A DNA stretch of 62,971 bases, counting the filler, from Rhabdomonas costata (Eukaryota), in NCBI GenBank assembly GCA_019059605.1. It is 44 parts of 44 records of this genome, joined end to end, with 100 filler letters (N's around TTAATTAATTAA, not from the genome) between each part and the next. Parts side by side here need not be neighbours in the genome. Positions count along the whole stretch, not along the records: positions 11,473 to 12,806 come from JAHMHO010019072.1; positions 12,907 to 14,240 come from JAHMHO010019073.1; positions 14,341 to 15,674 come from JAHMHO010019074.1; positions 15,775 to 17,108 come from JAHMHO010019075.1; positions 17,209 to 18,541 come from JAHMHO010019076.1; positions 18,642 to 19,975 come from JAHMHO010019077.1; positions 20,076 to 21,407 come from JAHMHO010019078.1; positions 21,508 to 22,841 come from JAHMHO010019079.1; 36 more parts are not named here. One strand, given 5' to 3'. The notes under the pieces are model-generated. The model searched no databases. It was not told where the DNA came from and saw only the letters and a list, made by a program, of their open reading frames with translations. Made by a program: the position numbers and the translations under genes. Below, one piece after another: positions 11,516-24,035 of the stretch. The number at the start of each line of letters is the position of its first letter. Positions within the stretch are counted from its first letter, which is position 1.

Positions 11516-12806
11516 CGAGACTCGGGTCGCGATCTCCCCGGCAACCAGGCTTTCCGCCAGCCGCCGGGCGTGCACCAACCGCATAGGAAGCGACTGCATC
11601 GTCATGCAGTGCCGCACAAACATCACTAGGGACACGTACAGCCCCGCGTGCATCACGGCTACGGCGCTGGGTGTGCATCGGGAATGACGGGAAAGGAAAA
11701 AGAAGTGGCAAGTACAGGCTGCAATCTCCTATCCCGGAAACCATCAGCCTTATATGTCTTAATGCTGAAGTAGGTTTCAATTCCAAGGCGGTGAAGGATT
11801 GTTGTTTCCGGAGGTGTCCCAAGGCGGTGAGTGATGCGCAGCTGCAGAATAATGTCACCAGTGCTTCCCCTCAAAGGTACGCCAAGGTCAGGACTTGATC
11901 GCACTATGGGGCTGCCTACCCACCAGATCATACCGAAGCGACCACGTAATCAAAACACTTCGTCGCAACCCCTCCCCCCTGGTGTGCAGGATAAAGTGGG
12001 GAGAGCGGACGCTGCAAAATAATGAGCGTGAATGGGTCGAGGAAGAGGAGGAGACCCCTTTCCTTCTCTTAAAGCGGAAGAAGAAACGCTGTGGAGGGCA
12101 GTGTGGGCGCATACAGGGCCAGGCCCAGCTTCACCCAGCTGGCGTCCCACAGGGCAAAACCCAAGAACAGAGCCAGGCACGGCACCAGCCGCACTGCAAT
12201 CCCAGGCACTGGGCGCACGCACAAACACACGCACCGAGGGTGCTGCGAGTGTACCACAGAAAGAACCACCACAAGAACAAGCCCAAACGAAAAACGGTGC
12301 AGAAATGTGACGAAAAACGTCAAGGCACTGCGGCAGAGGCACAGGAGTGCTTGCAAAGGCTGAGGTGCAGTGCCAAAAACAGATTTAAAAAAAGAACGCA
12401 AACGAGACCTCGGGTGGTGTGCAAAAGACAACAACGGATTGAAATAGAACGGGCGTGTGAGGGGTGCAAAGGAGGGAGAGTGTGTGGAAACTCGAAAGCA
12501 ATCACACACACTCCAGAAAGAGGAATGGGGGTGAACTGGAGCTGGAAAGGAAAAAGGCGGCATGCGAGGAGCACGCGTGAAGGCGATCCTAACAGAAGGG
12601 AGTGAAAGGTGTCCCGAAATAAAGGGAACAGGGATAGAAGCTCCGGGAACCCCTGGCCTAACAAAGAATCAACGTCCCTTGCAACGAAGGAAGCAAAACT
12701 TTGCCTTAGATGAGGCGACCCATGCTTCAGGATTCATTGGGGAGCAGCACGTACCCAGGCTCAGGCCCCCCTTCCGGGCCTCAATGTCCTTCTCCATGAA
12801 GTCGGC
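11516..12806 (-). CDS. Hypothetical membrane protein, three exons
   Basis: Exons 12806-12755, 12208-12088, 11666-11516, all GT-AG with matching phases: ADFMEKDIEARKGGLSL|VPGIAVRLVPCLALFLGFALWDASWVKLGLALYAPTLPSTA|AVAVMHAGLYVSLVMFVRHCMTMQSLPMRLVHARRLAESLVAGEIATRVS; two hydrophobic segments. Confidence 0.6.
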
Positions 12807-13049
12807 NNNNNNNNNNNNNNNNNNNNNNNNNNNNNNNNNNNNNNNNNNNNTTAATTAATTAANNNNNNNNNNNNNNNNNNNNNNNNNNNNNNNNNNNNNN
12901 NNNNNNGTGTTTTGTGTTCCGTTACAACCTTTTGGATTTTTGTTTTCGAAAGCAAGCAATTTTCGAAAAGGCATAGGACCAGCTCGCTTTTTCCTTCTTG
13001 AGTGGGTGTGGTTCAAGCCTGAAACCATTGAAATCCTTGTCTACACAAG

Positions 13050-14232
13050 GGATTGTCCGTTCGCGCGTTCAGACGTGCAGCAGCTGGCACTGTGCAACAA
13101 GGTTTACCACGCCGTTGAACTGGACTCCTTGGAGTCCATCCAGCATGTCCTGGGAGGTTCGTGTACCCTCTCTCCTCCGCTCCACTGCCCGCGCCATCCG
13201 CTTTCTTGTTGTGGGATCTTTTCAATCGTCGAATTGCGGACCTTTGCAAGAATACCTTTGCTTTCGGACCCAAGGAGCTTTTTTGATCGAATTCATTTCT
13301 TTTTTTTTACAGAAATGGGCCTGAATCGAACGGTCGATGAGCTGGACGACATCTTTCAGAGTGTTTGCTTCACCCCGGGAACCCGAATGTGTATGAGCCC
13401 TTGCTGCGCGTTCTGCACCTTTCTCTGCGGATGATTAAATTTTGGGGCAGCAACCAGCTGGTTTTTCAGCTGGTTCATTCAGGATGTACGCCTAATCCAC
13501 GCTTTTTTATCGTGGCTTACATCATGGGTGAACCTTTGTTGTGTGTGTCTTTCTGCAAACCTTTACCTTTGGTTATCCCTCGCCTTCTGTGTCTTCTGCG
13601 TCCTCTTCGTCTTGCCTTTTAGAAGAACAAACGTACCCTTTTTGCTGTGACGATTGTCCGTACAAACCGACACAAGCTTTTTTTTTTGGAGTTGTTCCTT
13701 CGCTCAGCCTTCCACACTTTCGTGAAGATGATGGAACTCCTGAAGAAGATGTGGGCCACGGAGAACGTCCCCGATACTGGTACAATCGACTTTCCCGTGA
13801 GCTCATCATTACGCGTGGCCCATGCCTATCTTCTCCAATGGGTCGCTCTTTGTTTGTTCCGTTTCTTTATATGGCGTTTCTGTATTCTTTTCGTTAGAAG
13901 TGTAGTGACTGTCCCTTATCGTTTGTTGGCGTTGTGGAAGCTCTCGCTCCGCTCCATTTCGCGGCGAATGCTCGCCTCATGTTTGCTGAACTCTGGCTTC
14001 GTTGGTTGGTTGGTCATCCATCCGAGCTTTTCTTTGATGCTCTTGGCGCTGAGGAGGTAAAAATAAAGAACGGGATGGTTGGTATTGCATTTTTTGTATT
14101 GCCTTATACTGTATTTTTGTACACACGGTTCCCATTATGACTTATTTGCCACTTATGTTGCTGCAGTGGAAGCTTTCATGGCTCTGGGCGGGAACATCGA
14201 CGGCAGCGGCGTGGTCAACGCGAATGTTCTCA
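13050..14232 (+). CDS. EF-hand protein of the calmodulin-like ODA-DC3/LC4-like axonemal family (partial)
   Basis: Exons ~13050-13156, 13313-13360, 13708-13779, 14167-end: ...IQHVLGEMGLNRTVDELDDIFQ..FHTFVKMMELLKKMWATENVPDTVEAFMALGGNIDGSGVVNANVL; DTxxAFxALGGNxDxSG is characteristic of DC3-like proteins. Confidence 0.7.
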
Positions 14233-16873
14233 CCCAAAACNNNNNNNNNNNNNNNNNNNNNNNNNNNNNNNNNNNNNNNNNNNNTTAATTAATTAANNNN
14301 NNNNNNNNNNNNNNNNNNNNNNNNNNNNNNNNNNNNNNNNGGTGGGTTGTCGACGTGAGTAGGTGGGGCAGCCTCAGCTTGATGCGCTGGAAGGTTACCC
14401 GAAGCACCGGTGTCTGGCTTCACCTTCTGCTGGACAACGTCTCGTAAAGGAAGCACAGGCATAATTTTTTTCAGGCGTTTCCGAACAAGGCCGTGTGTCC
14501 ATGTCGATGTCAATGTGATCGAGCTTGGTCCTGGTTCACGCTGAGTGGTTGAGAATAGACCCTCTGAAGGGGGTGTCGAGCTTTTCGTCGACTTTAATCG
14601 ATCAGAGAGAGGGGGGGGGAGTTATCTTTGCATTTGGATTTGGTGAGGGATATTTGAAAGTAGTGGCGCAAACAGTGAGATAATTTCGACACCCGACAAT
14701 TGCACATTCCCACGAGGTGAGGACTTCCCCGAGGACTTCCACGGTATCATAAAGCAGATAAATGACTCAGGCATCTTCACACGTGTTGGTACGTAATTTT
14801 TAATGTTCCACACGAGGACCATTCTGGTGCCCGCGCACTCCCACGGATCTTTGCAACATACACGGGGGACAATCGTGTCGGGGGGGGGGTAAAGTTCTAA
14901 CGCGGTTTTGACGGCATTTTGAACCTTTCGGGACGTTGCGGATGGTTTGTGACGGCATTACTGCAATGGAGGCCGGTTTGCGTCGCGGCCTGACCTTTCG
15001 GATGAGCAGGGGACGTGAGAGTGAGTCGGTCATGAAAAAATTGACTTTGGATTTAAGCAGCGTGTTAAGCCATTGACACCGCTAAATGTTTGACAAAGCG
15101 TTTATCACAGACGCGTAGACAAACACACCTTCCCAAAAATTTTAGTTCCACGGAACGATTGCGTGTAGTGTGATGTCATTCATGTTGTATAACTCAATGC
15201 AGCCCTCTTTTTCTCTTTTTCTCTCCCCAGTGACTTGCTGCCGTTTTTTTTATTTATTGTCATTTGAACCAAAAAACCAGAGAAATAAGTCAGACAGGAA
15301 AGAGATGACCAGAGGAAGCGCCGTGCCGCGTCGGCCGTCGGTCCGCCCAAGCGGCGGGACTCAGCCTCAAGCCCAGTCCCATCTCGGTATGTATAGACGG
15401 GGATGACACTTGAGCGTGCTCGAGGGGGTTTGCTGGAAGCTACGAGGCTTCTTTTCCTATTCTGGTCTGGAAGCGATAGCCCCTTGGTTTTGGTCGGATT
15501 GATAGTAACATTTTACGTAGGTCACATGAACTGAGGTTGAGGACTGAAGATGGACGCATTCAGGGGAGGAGGGGTCATTTTATTTCCAGGGGAAGGCGGA
15601 GTTTTGAAACTTATGCGCAGAAAATTTGTAATGCTAACTTCTGTTTCCTGCGAGCTTCGCGGTCCCCCCCCCACNNNNNNNNNNNNNNNNNNNNNNNNNN
15701 NNNNNNNNNNNNNNNNNNTTAATTAATTAANNNNNNNNNNNNNNNNNNNNNNNNNNNNNNNNNNNNNNNNNNNNTTTGGTTGTGTGTGGGCATGAGAGAG
15801 CTATAGTCAATCACTGTAAGTGTCTTTGAGTTCTTCCGTTTCATTTCCTTCTGTCTTGAAAAAAACGCTCTAGGAAACGACTATGGCCTTACGTTTCCAG
15901 TTCTAATCTAAATGGCGGCATTTTTTTTCGGGTTCTTGGAGTTCCTTTGAAATTTGATACCCACGGGAGAGGGGCCTTCGAACCTCTTCGTGGATCTAAG
16001 GACCTAAGGGCTTCGGTTCGACTCGCACACCTCCTGTTACTTTGCATTTTCTATCATCAGGCAATCTGAAATTTTGGGCAAACTCCACACGCGACCACAC
16101 AAATTTCCCGAAAAGTCACCGACAAGTCACGCACCGGAGAGCAACTGCCAATTCGGGACCATTTAGAACATTGATCTCCAGCCAGAGCTCTGAGAAGGCG
16201 GTGCTTTTCAAAAACCCTCAACTCAATCACCGGGTTGACACGGGCAGGTGACGCATCTGCAGGAATGGGGGAGGGGCCCAGTTTGTGACGGCTGTGACGG
16301 TTCAGGTGCTCCAAAATCGCACTGAAGCTTTCGCAGCATGCACGAGGAAAACCACCCTCATCTGCCGGGAAGGGAGAACATGCATAAGCGCAGGAAGGAG
16401 GCGAGGTTCAGGCAACATGACAATTTCTGCCAGTCCCGCATAACCACCTTGTCACCCAACGTGAGTCAATTTGTCAATGACACAAGATGTGTGCCGCACG
16501 GAAGATGTGCACTGGGAGACCATCGCAAACGCAGTTGCAGGGATGACGGTGGCTGTCTTAGGTACCGTCGAATATCCTGCTGCGTGAGCCGGAGCAGCCT
16601 TATTGTAAAGGCATTTATACTGTTAGGACCACGGCACTTAAGCAGCAACAGGGGCCAGCGCTGTAATTACAGCACGAACGAAACAGAACTGCCACACGCA
16701 GATGAACGAAGAACAAAAAGCTTACTTTTTTCTTTCGAAATGGCGTACCCAGCGTCTCCCTCCGGGTCGCTCTATTTTTTCTATAGTTTTCGTCGGTGCT
16801 GAGCTTGGGGCAGAGTACCCCAGCCGATCACGCCCACTATTTACAAAGGGAGAGGAAGGGGGTGCAGGGAGCA

Positions 16874-16918
16874 GGGTACCAGCTCGCAAAGCACGGGTAC
16901 CAGCTCGCAAAGCACGGG
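16874..16918 (+). repeat. 21-nt tandem duplication
   Basis: GGGTACCAGCTCGCAAAGCAC x2 plus GGG. Confidence 0.95.
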
Positions 16919-17229
16919 CCTCCAGCCAGCCTGCTTTTGACAAGGGAGGAAACCAAGGGAGGAAATACTGTTCTCCATCAAAGAAAATCTCGGTTTTGCA
17001 AACATCACCGGAACCGAGATTTCCCCCTTTCCAAAAGTGAAAAATCATGAATCACTAGAGGACCTTGATCCATTGATTCATGATTAGTTCTCATCCATTT
17101 TGTGATTTNNNNNNNNNNNNNNNNNNNNNNNNNNNNNNNNNNNNNNNNNNNNTTAATTAATTAANNNNNNNNNNNNNNNNNNNNNNNNNNNNNNNNNNNN
17201 NNNNNNNNGTGTTTTTTGAAAAGAAACAT

Positions 17230-18530
17230 CATCCTTCACAGCGATGTAGCGGTAAAAGAAGGATGCGAAGTCCCAAAAGTGCACTGAGAACAAAAGCACG
17301 TGGAATGGTGTAGAAAGGAGCACAAGGGCCATCAACCGAAATGAGAAAGAAACAAGTTTTTTTTTGAAAGAAAGTGACCTGTCGTGGTAATTCAACAAGT
17401 TAACAAGTGAGCAAGGCTAGAGGAGAGCTGTTGAAGGTCCATCTTAAACAGAGTGAAAAAAGTCTTTTGAAAAGAGTGGAAAATTTTCTTGTCTAACGGC
17501 AAAGACGGGATTTCACAATACTTGGTACTTGGAGAACACTGGTGCAAATTGTCTGCTGTGTATGTGTCTTGTACCAACAAGGTTTTTCACGGCAAGGGTG
17601 TTCATGATGTACTTGTCCAGCGGAACTGTGGAGACAACAAGCGCACATGTGTACGTGTAGAAAAACAGCAGTCAGGGAGACCGCCCCGCGCCGGGAAAAA
17701 ATTGGGGTCGGCTGAGTTTCATGCGTCTTCCTTGCTCTGCAGCGAAGCACCACAGTACTCCTGAGGTGCTTTCCAGCAGAACTTTAGGACTCAACAGATG
17801 GGCATGCCAGCTGAAAACTGCAATATTGGGCAGCAGTTTTCTGAGCTGTCAAGAGAGCGGCACAGGCGGAAGACGCGATAATCTTCCCTCGAGGGCTCCC
17901 CCAAGACGCACATACACCCACACCCACACCCACACTCACATCTACAGTAGCTATATTGTTCCGAATCGTAGTTGCGCAGTGCGGTACGATAGTAATCACG
18001 ATTTCACCCACATTTCCAAGAAGGTGCACAAGGATGCAATGTCCCCCGGGAGACTTTAGAGGACGATGGCAATGACTGGGACTTGGATATGATCTCTCAG
18101 GGGGCGAGGTTACATTGGTAAAGGTAGACACATCCGAGAAAAAGAGGTGTGGGTACGTGAGGGGAGCCCCCCCCCCCGGCCTGCTGTCTTATTTACCATG
18201 GTTGCCACTTCAAACGATAAGATTCCTTTGGGTCATCACAATACCCCTCAAATGCAGACGCTCCCAACATTGGGCATGCAGCCCGATGGTGCACACAAAA
18301 GCGTGAGAGGGGCAGTACCCGGGAAGTACATCTTGCTTGGAACAACAGAAAACAGCGGAGACCTCGACTCTGAGAAGAAGAGAGTGGAAGTAATCCTCAC
18401 ATGGCAAAAAGGTCTGAACCGTAAACGCAACGAAAAAGCATGCGTACATGCGGTGGCGGCTCTGTTTATGCGTCACTCTGTCTCTCTCCACACAAACTGG
18501 ATCCAGGTATGCGGATAGCCAGGAACATTC
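17230..18530 (-). CDS. Hypothetical protein with a chain of very short exons
   Basis: Phase-compatible GT-AG exons give WLSAYLDPVCVERDRVTHKQSRHRI|VEVSAVFCCSKQDVLPG|LPGDIASLCTFLEMW|EYCV|PLDKYIMNTLAVKNL...; downstream joins are ambiguous and the boundaries are approximate. Confidence 0.4.
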
Positions 18531-19884
18531 TCCACACCCCCNNNNNNNNNNNNNNNNNNNNNNNNNNNNNNNNNNNNNNNNNNNNTTAATTAATTAANNN
18601 NNNNNNNNNNNNNNNNNNNNNNNNNNNNNNNNNNNNNNNNNGTGTGGTGTGTTGGAGCATTCCGTTTCTGCTTTCTTATTGGAAGGAACTCTGTTTAGTG
18701 TGTGCGCGTGTGCATGCGTGTGTGCTGATATGTATGCACGAACTCCGCTCATGTTACACTGCTGCTGTGCAGTCCTGGGCCGTAACTGCTGAAAAATGGT
18801 GGGTGTTTATTTGCAGAGGAAGGGAAGGACGAGGGGAATTATTGGCTGCGTCAATGAAGGACGGGGAAGGATGGGCACAATTTTCTTGTTTTCAGGGAAA
18901 GTGCGAGAGGTTTTCCATCGACGGCCGTGAGGGTACTCGTGGACTCCGAAAAGAATGCAATACCCGGTGACCACTTTTCTCCTCTTCTAATGCATACACT
19001 TCTCTCCCTTTCTCTACTACAGTTACACACATACTCACATACTCACTCATGCCCGCCCTTGTGGGCTGCCATTTTGCGAATTTTTCATCGGTCGTGTGCC
19101 CCCTCCCCTTCTGTCTCTGTTGAGCTTTTTTACGGGCATGTGAGCGGATGTTGGGGGTGCCTCTGGGCTGGGTTCATGTGCTCCCTCTTCACCCCTCTCC
19201 GCCTCTGCGCGCGTTGAACTACCCCACCACCAGAAATCAAGCGCTGCTGCTTCTTTCGCTGTGTTTTTTCAGCTAGTCCTGTTGGGGAAGGATGGCAGGG
19301 GAGGGAGAATGACAGGCAGTGATGTGTGTTTCCGTGGATGGTCGTGCGTGTGGGTGTGGCTGCGGGTAGGTGGCAGCTTCGGCTTTGAAGAAATCCAGTT
19401 ACATCCCGAAAATGATTAGAATTAGAATTGTTTCGATTTTCGAATTCGAGTCCTGCAAACGCTAAAAAAAAAAAGAAGCCAAAAAGCTGGCACATATGTA
19501 TATGTTACATGTTTCAGAAGTTCTCATATTGCCGAGGCTGAAAGCATTTGTTCTGAGTTCACGGTGTAACGTGCTGTAGTTACTAACTCATGGTAGTGCC
19601 GGGGTACAGCAGTTCCCCTCCCCCCGATAGGTGAGTGGTGTGTTGCTCAAGGCCCCATTAATCAAAGTCTGCCACGTGCAGACTTTGAGAATGGCCGATG
19701 ATGACGCGTTAAAATCCGAGATCAAAAAATCTCAAAATGAAAAGAAGCCAAGAGGAACATTGGAAGGAGAGTGCACGTGTGGTGCAGAACCCGTAAAGAC
19801 AGCAAGGGGAGAAAAGCGCGAGTGAAGGAGTAAGAAGCAACGTTCCTTTAACTTAGTCACGTCGTTGAGGGACACGGACACTGT

Positions 19885-19911
19885 TTAGGGTTAGGGTTAG
19901 AGTTAGGGTTA
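19885..19911 (+). repeat. Interstitial telomere-type (TTAGGG)n repeat
   Basis: TTAGGG TTAGGG TTAGAG TTAGGG TTA, followed by a CA microsatellite. Confidence 0.85.
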
Positions 19912-20082
19912 TACCGACCCCCCCACACACACACACACACAAGAACAGGCACACGCACACGCACACCAAAAACACNNNNNNNNNNNNNNNNNNNNNNNNN
20001 NNNNNNNNNNNNNNNNNNNTTAATTAATTAANNNNNNNNNNNNNNNNNNNNNNNNNNNNNNNNNNNNNNNNNNNNGGGGGGT

Positions 20083-20164
20083 GTGGGTGCGGGAGTTGCG
20101 AAATTTTTGGGGTGCAGAAGTCGACTGGATCTCCCCACAAAAATTTCGCAACTCCCGCACCCAC
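20083..20164. repeat. Terminal inverted repeat (probable fold-back amplification artefact)
   Basis: 27-nt perfect arms 20083-20109 and 20138-20164 at the contig start. Confidence 0.85.
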
Positions 20165-20280
20165 TCCCACTCCTCACCGAAGGAACACCCACAGAACATG
20201 CGGAGAGCATCTCATCATGAGTTTTCTTTTTGCAAGTGGATCCTTTCCAACGCAACCGCCCTTCCCGTCCACGCACATGC

Positions 20281-21150
20281 CATGACGGGGAGATGAGCAC
20301 TGTGGAGTAGGCCACGAAAGAGCCCGACATGGGCAAGGCCAAGGCCAGCTCCCCCAGGCCGGCGGTGACCTTGTCAAATAAAACGACGCAAGTCGCTGGC
20401 ACCATACAAAAGAGCATACAACCCCCTCAAACCCCCTGGCCACTGCAAGCCAATCGCAAGTATACGACAATGCGGACAAAGGGGATAAAACAGAAGAGGA
20501 GGTCCCCCACGCTCTCACGCAAACTTCGCCCACGCTCGGCTGCAGCTCTTTCCAGCGCTTAAGGTATGGGGGCATAGTAGGGGGTCAGTGAGAGACCACA
20601 CACCGCGTACACCACCAGCCCGCCCACCATGAAGCCAAAGATGGCACAGGGGCCAACATGCTCAATGAGGTAGCCAGTCCCTGCCGAATAAAATGAAAGA
20701 AAATTAGCGAGGGGGGGAGGGGGCACTTCACAAGAAGATGACATTGATCATAGGGAAGTGTGGCTGAGTGCTGCGCTTCAGACGGAAACTTCTGTTGGGG
20801 TTTGACGTTTCATACTTTGATTGCGTGTTCGACACAGTGGGTGCGAGGATGGTGGGTGGTGGGTGCTCAATCTCCACCGCCACCACCCCTACTGCCCTCC
20901 TATCCGTGGTCTCCAGTTACCATCAGAGCTAACACAGCGCTTCTGAAAAGAGATGAGATCATTCGCTGTGCATGCCCAAGCGCCTCCCGTGACATGGCAA
21001 TGAAGACCCCGGGGGAAAACAATAAGGCCAACGGGTGACGGTATGAAAGAAAGAGTGTGTGGTGTGCAGCGCACAGTACCTAGAAAGTAGCTGGAGCCAA
21101 TGATGCCCCCAATCGCAATAAACTGCACGTGGCGCGTGGTGAGTCCACGC
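20281..21150 (-). CDS. Amino-acid permease (APC superfamily, AAT/YAT type), three N-terminal exons
   Basis: Exons 21150-21080, 20680-20604, 20369-~20281: RGLTTRHVQFIAIGGIIGSSYFLG|TGYLIEHVGPCAIFGFMVGGLVVYA|VTAGLGELALALPMSGSFVAYSTVLISPSW; classic RH..IA.GG.IG, GP and LGE...P.SGSF motifs. Confidence 0.92.
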
Positions 21151-21514
21151 CTGCGAAAACGCAGAAGCAAGGAAGCCCGAGGCTCTAGCAAAACGGGCAG
21201 TTGCACATCATAATATGGTCCCCCATTCCGCAGCTCCAGGTTTTCTTCGGATGCACCAGCACCGTCTGCTCAAATCACCTTTGGCAGATTCGCGGGAGGA
21301 GAGAAGAATGGGCTCACCGTGCTCCGCTCAACCGCTGGTTAGTGGAAAGCTTGCCACTCCCCCTTCCCCCAGAAAAAAAGCGGTGCCAGGTAACGGGCCC
21401 ACCAAAANNNNNNNNNNNNNNNNNNNNNNNNNNNNNNNNNNNNNNNNNNNNTTAATTAATTAANNNNNNNNNNNNNNNNNNNNNNNNNNNNNNNNNNNNN
21501 NNNNNNNTGGTTGG

Positions 21515-21801
21515 TGTCTCGGAATGGGGTCCCGGGGGGCCACAGCGGGGTCCACCTCCATCGGCGGCCGGGGGTCAGGCGTGGAAGGGTTGATGCCCAG
21601 GACCTCCAGCTCGTCGTCGTCGGTGGGATCCGCTGATCCGCCTCGGACCCGCATCCTTCCGTGCCGTGCCAAGGCGATCGCCGCCCTCAGCCACACCGCC
21701 GTTGACAGCGCGTTCCACACCTTGGCGTCCAGGTCGGCGGCCTCGTTCGCATTGGTGCCGGTCCTCTTCTTCTGCTTAACGTGGAACGGTCCTCCGAATG
21801 T
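21515..21801 (-). CDS. Hypothetical protein exon
   Basis: GC3-rich open frame after a TTTTAG acceptor: TFGGPFHVKQKKRTGTNANEAADLDAKVWNALSTAVWLRAAIALARHGRMRVRGG...DDDELEVLG. Confidence 0.5.
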
Positions 21802-23291
21802 CTAAAACGGATTCATATCACCGGCAAATGATCTCCAGGTGCCCGAAAACACATGCCTACAACTACCCATACTTTCTCCCCCATTTCTCCCTAACGAAAG
21901 GCATTCCCCCTTGACCGTCGCTATTATTAGCATTTCCCCTGCATTACACCCGTTGGGTTTTTTGTGCTTTTTTCTTCTTGTATTTGGTTTCTTTTGGTAC
22001 CGCTTTTCCCCCGCGGACCTTTTGGTCACTTGCCCTACCGGCTTGTTTTGAAATTTGCTACCGGATTAGACCAAAACTAAAAAAAACCTAATTGGTTTGC
22101 TAGACCAAAACCCCCGTCGTGAATTGTTGTAAAAAAATTTCCCCTTGTTTTCATGCCTATTTGCTTTACTCATCCATGTTTTTTCCCAATTATCTCCATT
22201 CTCTCAATTCATGCTATTCTTCCTATCCAAAGTGGGAAAGTTGGGTGTGATTTGGTGCTCGGATTGATTTTCAACAATATTTCTAAAGAAATCAGCAAAG
22301 TATTTTGGAAATAAAGGTGCACCAGTAAATCGGGCCTTGTATCGGGTTCTGAAAACCGAGCCCACTCAAAACAGCGGGATACCCGAAAAAAAGGGGGGAG
22401 GCCTCCGTAAGGTCACGACCCCGAATTCATCAAAAAAAGTTGATCGCCCTGCTTTTGTTTCGGGTGAAATGTTTTCCTTTGGTGGTTTGTTCTCCGCAAA
22501 GGACGTGACGCCGTAAACACCGAACGGCACCATACGACACGGCTGTTTTTAAACCCTTTCTTTTACCTACGTTCTCAACAAAAACCCGGTAAGAAAATTG
22601 ACAGTTCGTTTCAAAAGATCGAGACTCTGAAGGAACCCGGAAAAAAGCGCGCCTATGGCGCAGCAGTCGCGGTTGCCGAGCGCAATCCGCGGAAGGGCGC
22701 TCGGCTCCTGATCTCAAACTCTGCCCCCTCCGCTGACGCGTTCGGTGTTTTGCATGTGTTACACCCCGCAGGTGCGGAGGTTCTAGGCGGCCCAATTCCT
22801 GACAGAGGACTGCTATCGATCCCAACGGGACAAAACCACACNNNNNNNNNNNNNNNNNNNNNNNNNNNNNNNNNNNNNNNNNNNNTTAATTAATTAANNN
22901 NNNNNNNNNNNNNNNNNNNNNNNNNNNNNNNNNNNNNNNNNATCAATCCCCCCGCTCAACTGTTTGTTAAAGTCTTGGGAAAGGTCGGCAAATTCGGTGT
23001 GCCCCTTGTTGGGCCACAACAATATTTTTGTTCAAAAGACCGACCGTCAGTCGCTTGAGTCCAGTAAGTCGGTCTTCGTTGCCAAACACTGGCTTCAACC
23101 TTGCTTCTCTATTAAATGTGCTGAGGACGCATGGCCGGATGATGCCATGGGAGCCGTTTGGGGGATAATGGTGCATTATTATGTACAACTTGTCTTTGTA
23201 TGTGTGGGAAATCCAGACGCACACACCGAGGGTTTCTTTTCGACTAGCGTGTGAGTAACGTTTCGCTTCATTTGCAACTTTTGTCGAGAAG

Positions 23292-24035
23292 ATGACGGAG
23301 GCATTCCAGGACCTCTTTGAGGACATGAAAAGTTCGCTGAAGTCCAACCCACGGTTCGCGAGCTCTCCGGGGAAGGTATGGTGTAGAATTTGATGTGATG
23401 ATACTCGGCGTTAGTTATTGCGTCGGTGATTATTATTGGTAATCACCGAGAGCTGGAAAAATAACATTCTAGGTTTGGAGGGGTTTGAGGGTCCCCTCAC
23501 ATGAGGCGATACTTGTTTTTCTCGTCTACAAATTGTCGGAACTCATGTGCTCCAAGACTGATTGTGGGTCCGGATGTTTCTGCACTGAGTCTGTTTCGAC
23601 AATGTCGCTTGTATTTGGACCACCGGCCTGTTGGACCGCGTCCCTTGGGAGTTCTTATGGAACAGATAACCTATCCGATTATGTTTTCGTGCGTCTCAAA
23701 GTGGTGGAATCCTATTGAATACCCGCGTTCTTGCCCAAGGGTCTCTCTCACTCTCCCTGCGTATTCTTCCTTGCCAGGGTTTTTCCACCCCCTGATCACA
23801 GGTGTTTCGCCCCGGGCTGGACACCCTGCAGCCGCTGAGAGACTCGGAAGACGGCAGACAACGATGCCCGGTGTGTGGGTTTCTGAAGAAGCCTTCGGAG
23901 TTGCTGCTGCACGTCAACATCTGTGCCGATAAGCAGGAGGAGGAGAAGGAGAAGTATGAAGCTCTGGCCAGCGCGTTGGATGCCACAATGAGCAGTGATG
24001 ATGAGAACAGCAATCAAGTTCCATCGAGCGCTGCG
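23292..24035 (+). CDS. UBZ4-type zinc-finger protein, first two exons
   Basis: Exon 23292-23375 (MTEAFQDLFEDMKSSLKSNPRFASSPGK, GTATGG donor) and 23802-24035 containing CPVCGFLKKPSELLLHVNIC (C-x2-C-x11-H-x3-C). Confidence 0.7.

Noticed and set aside
14680..14820. Penelope-like GIY-YIG relic (TCEDA*VIYLL)
   Set aside because: Only a five-residue resemblance; the downstream CxxC and YVG motifs are absent.
15955..16035. tRNA or SINE suggested by a GGTTCGACTC B-box
   Set aside because: No A-box or cloverleaf could be built around it.
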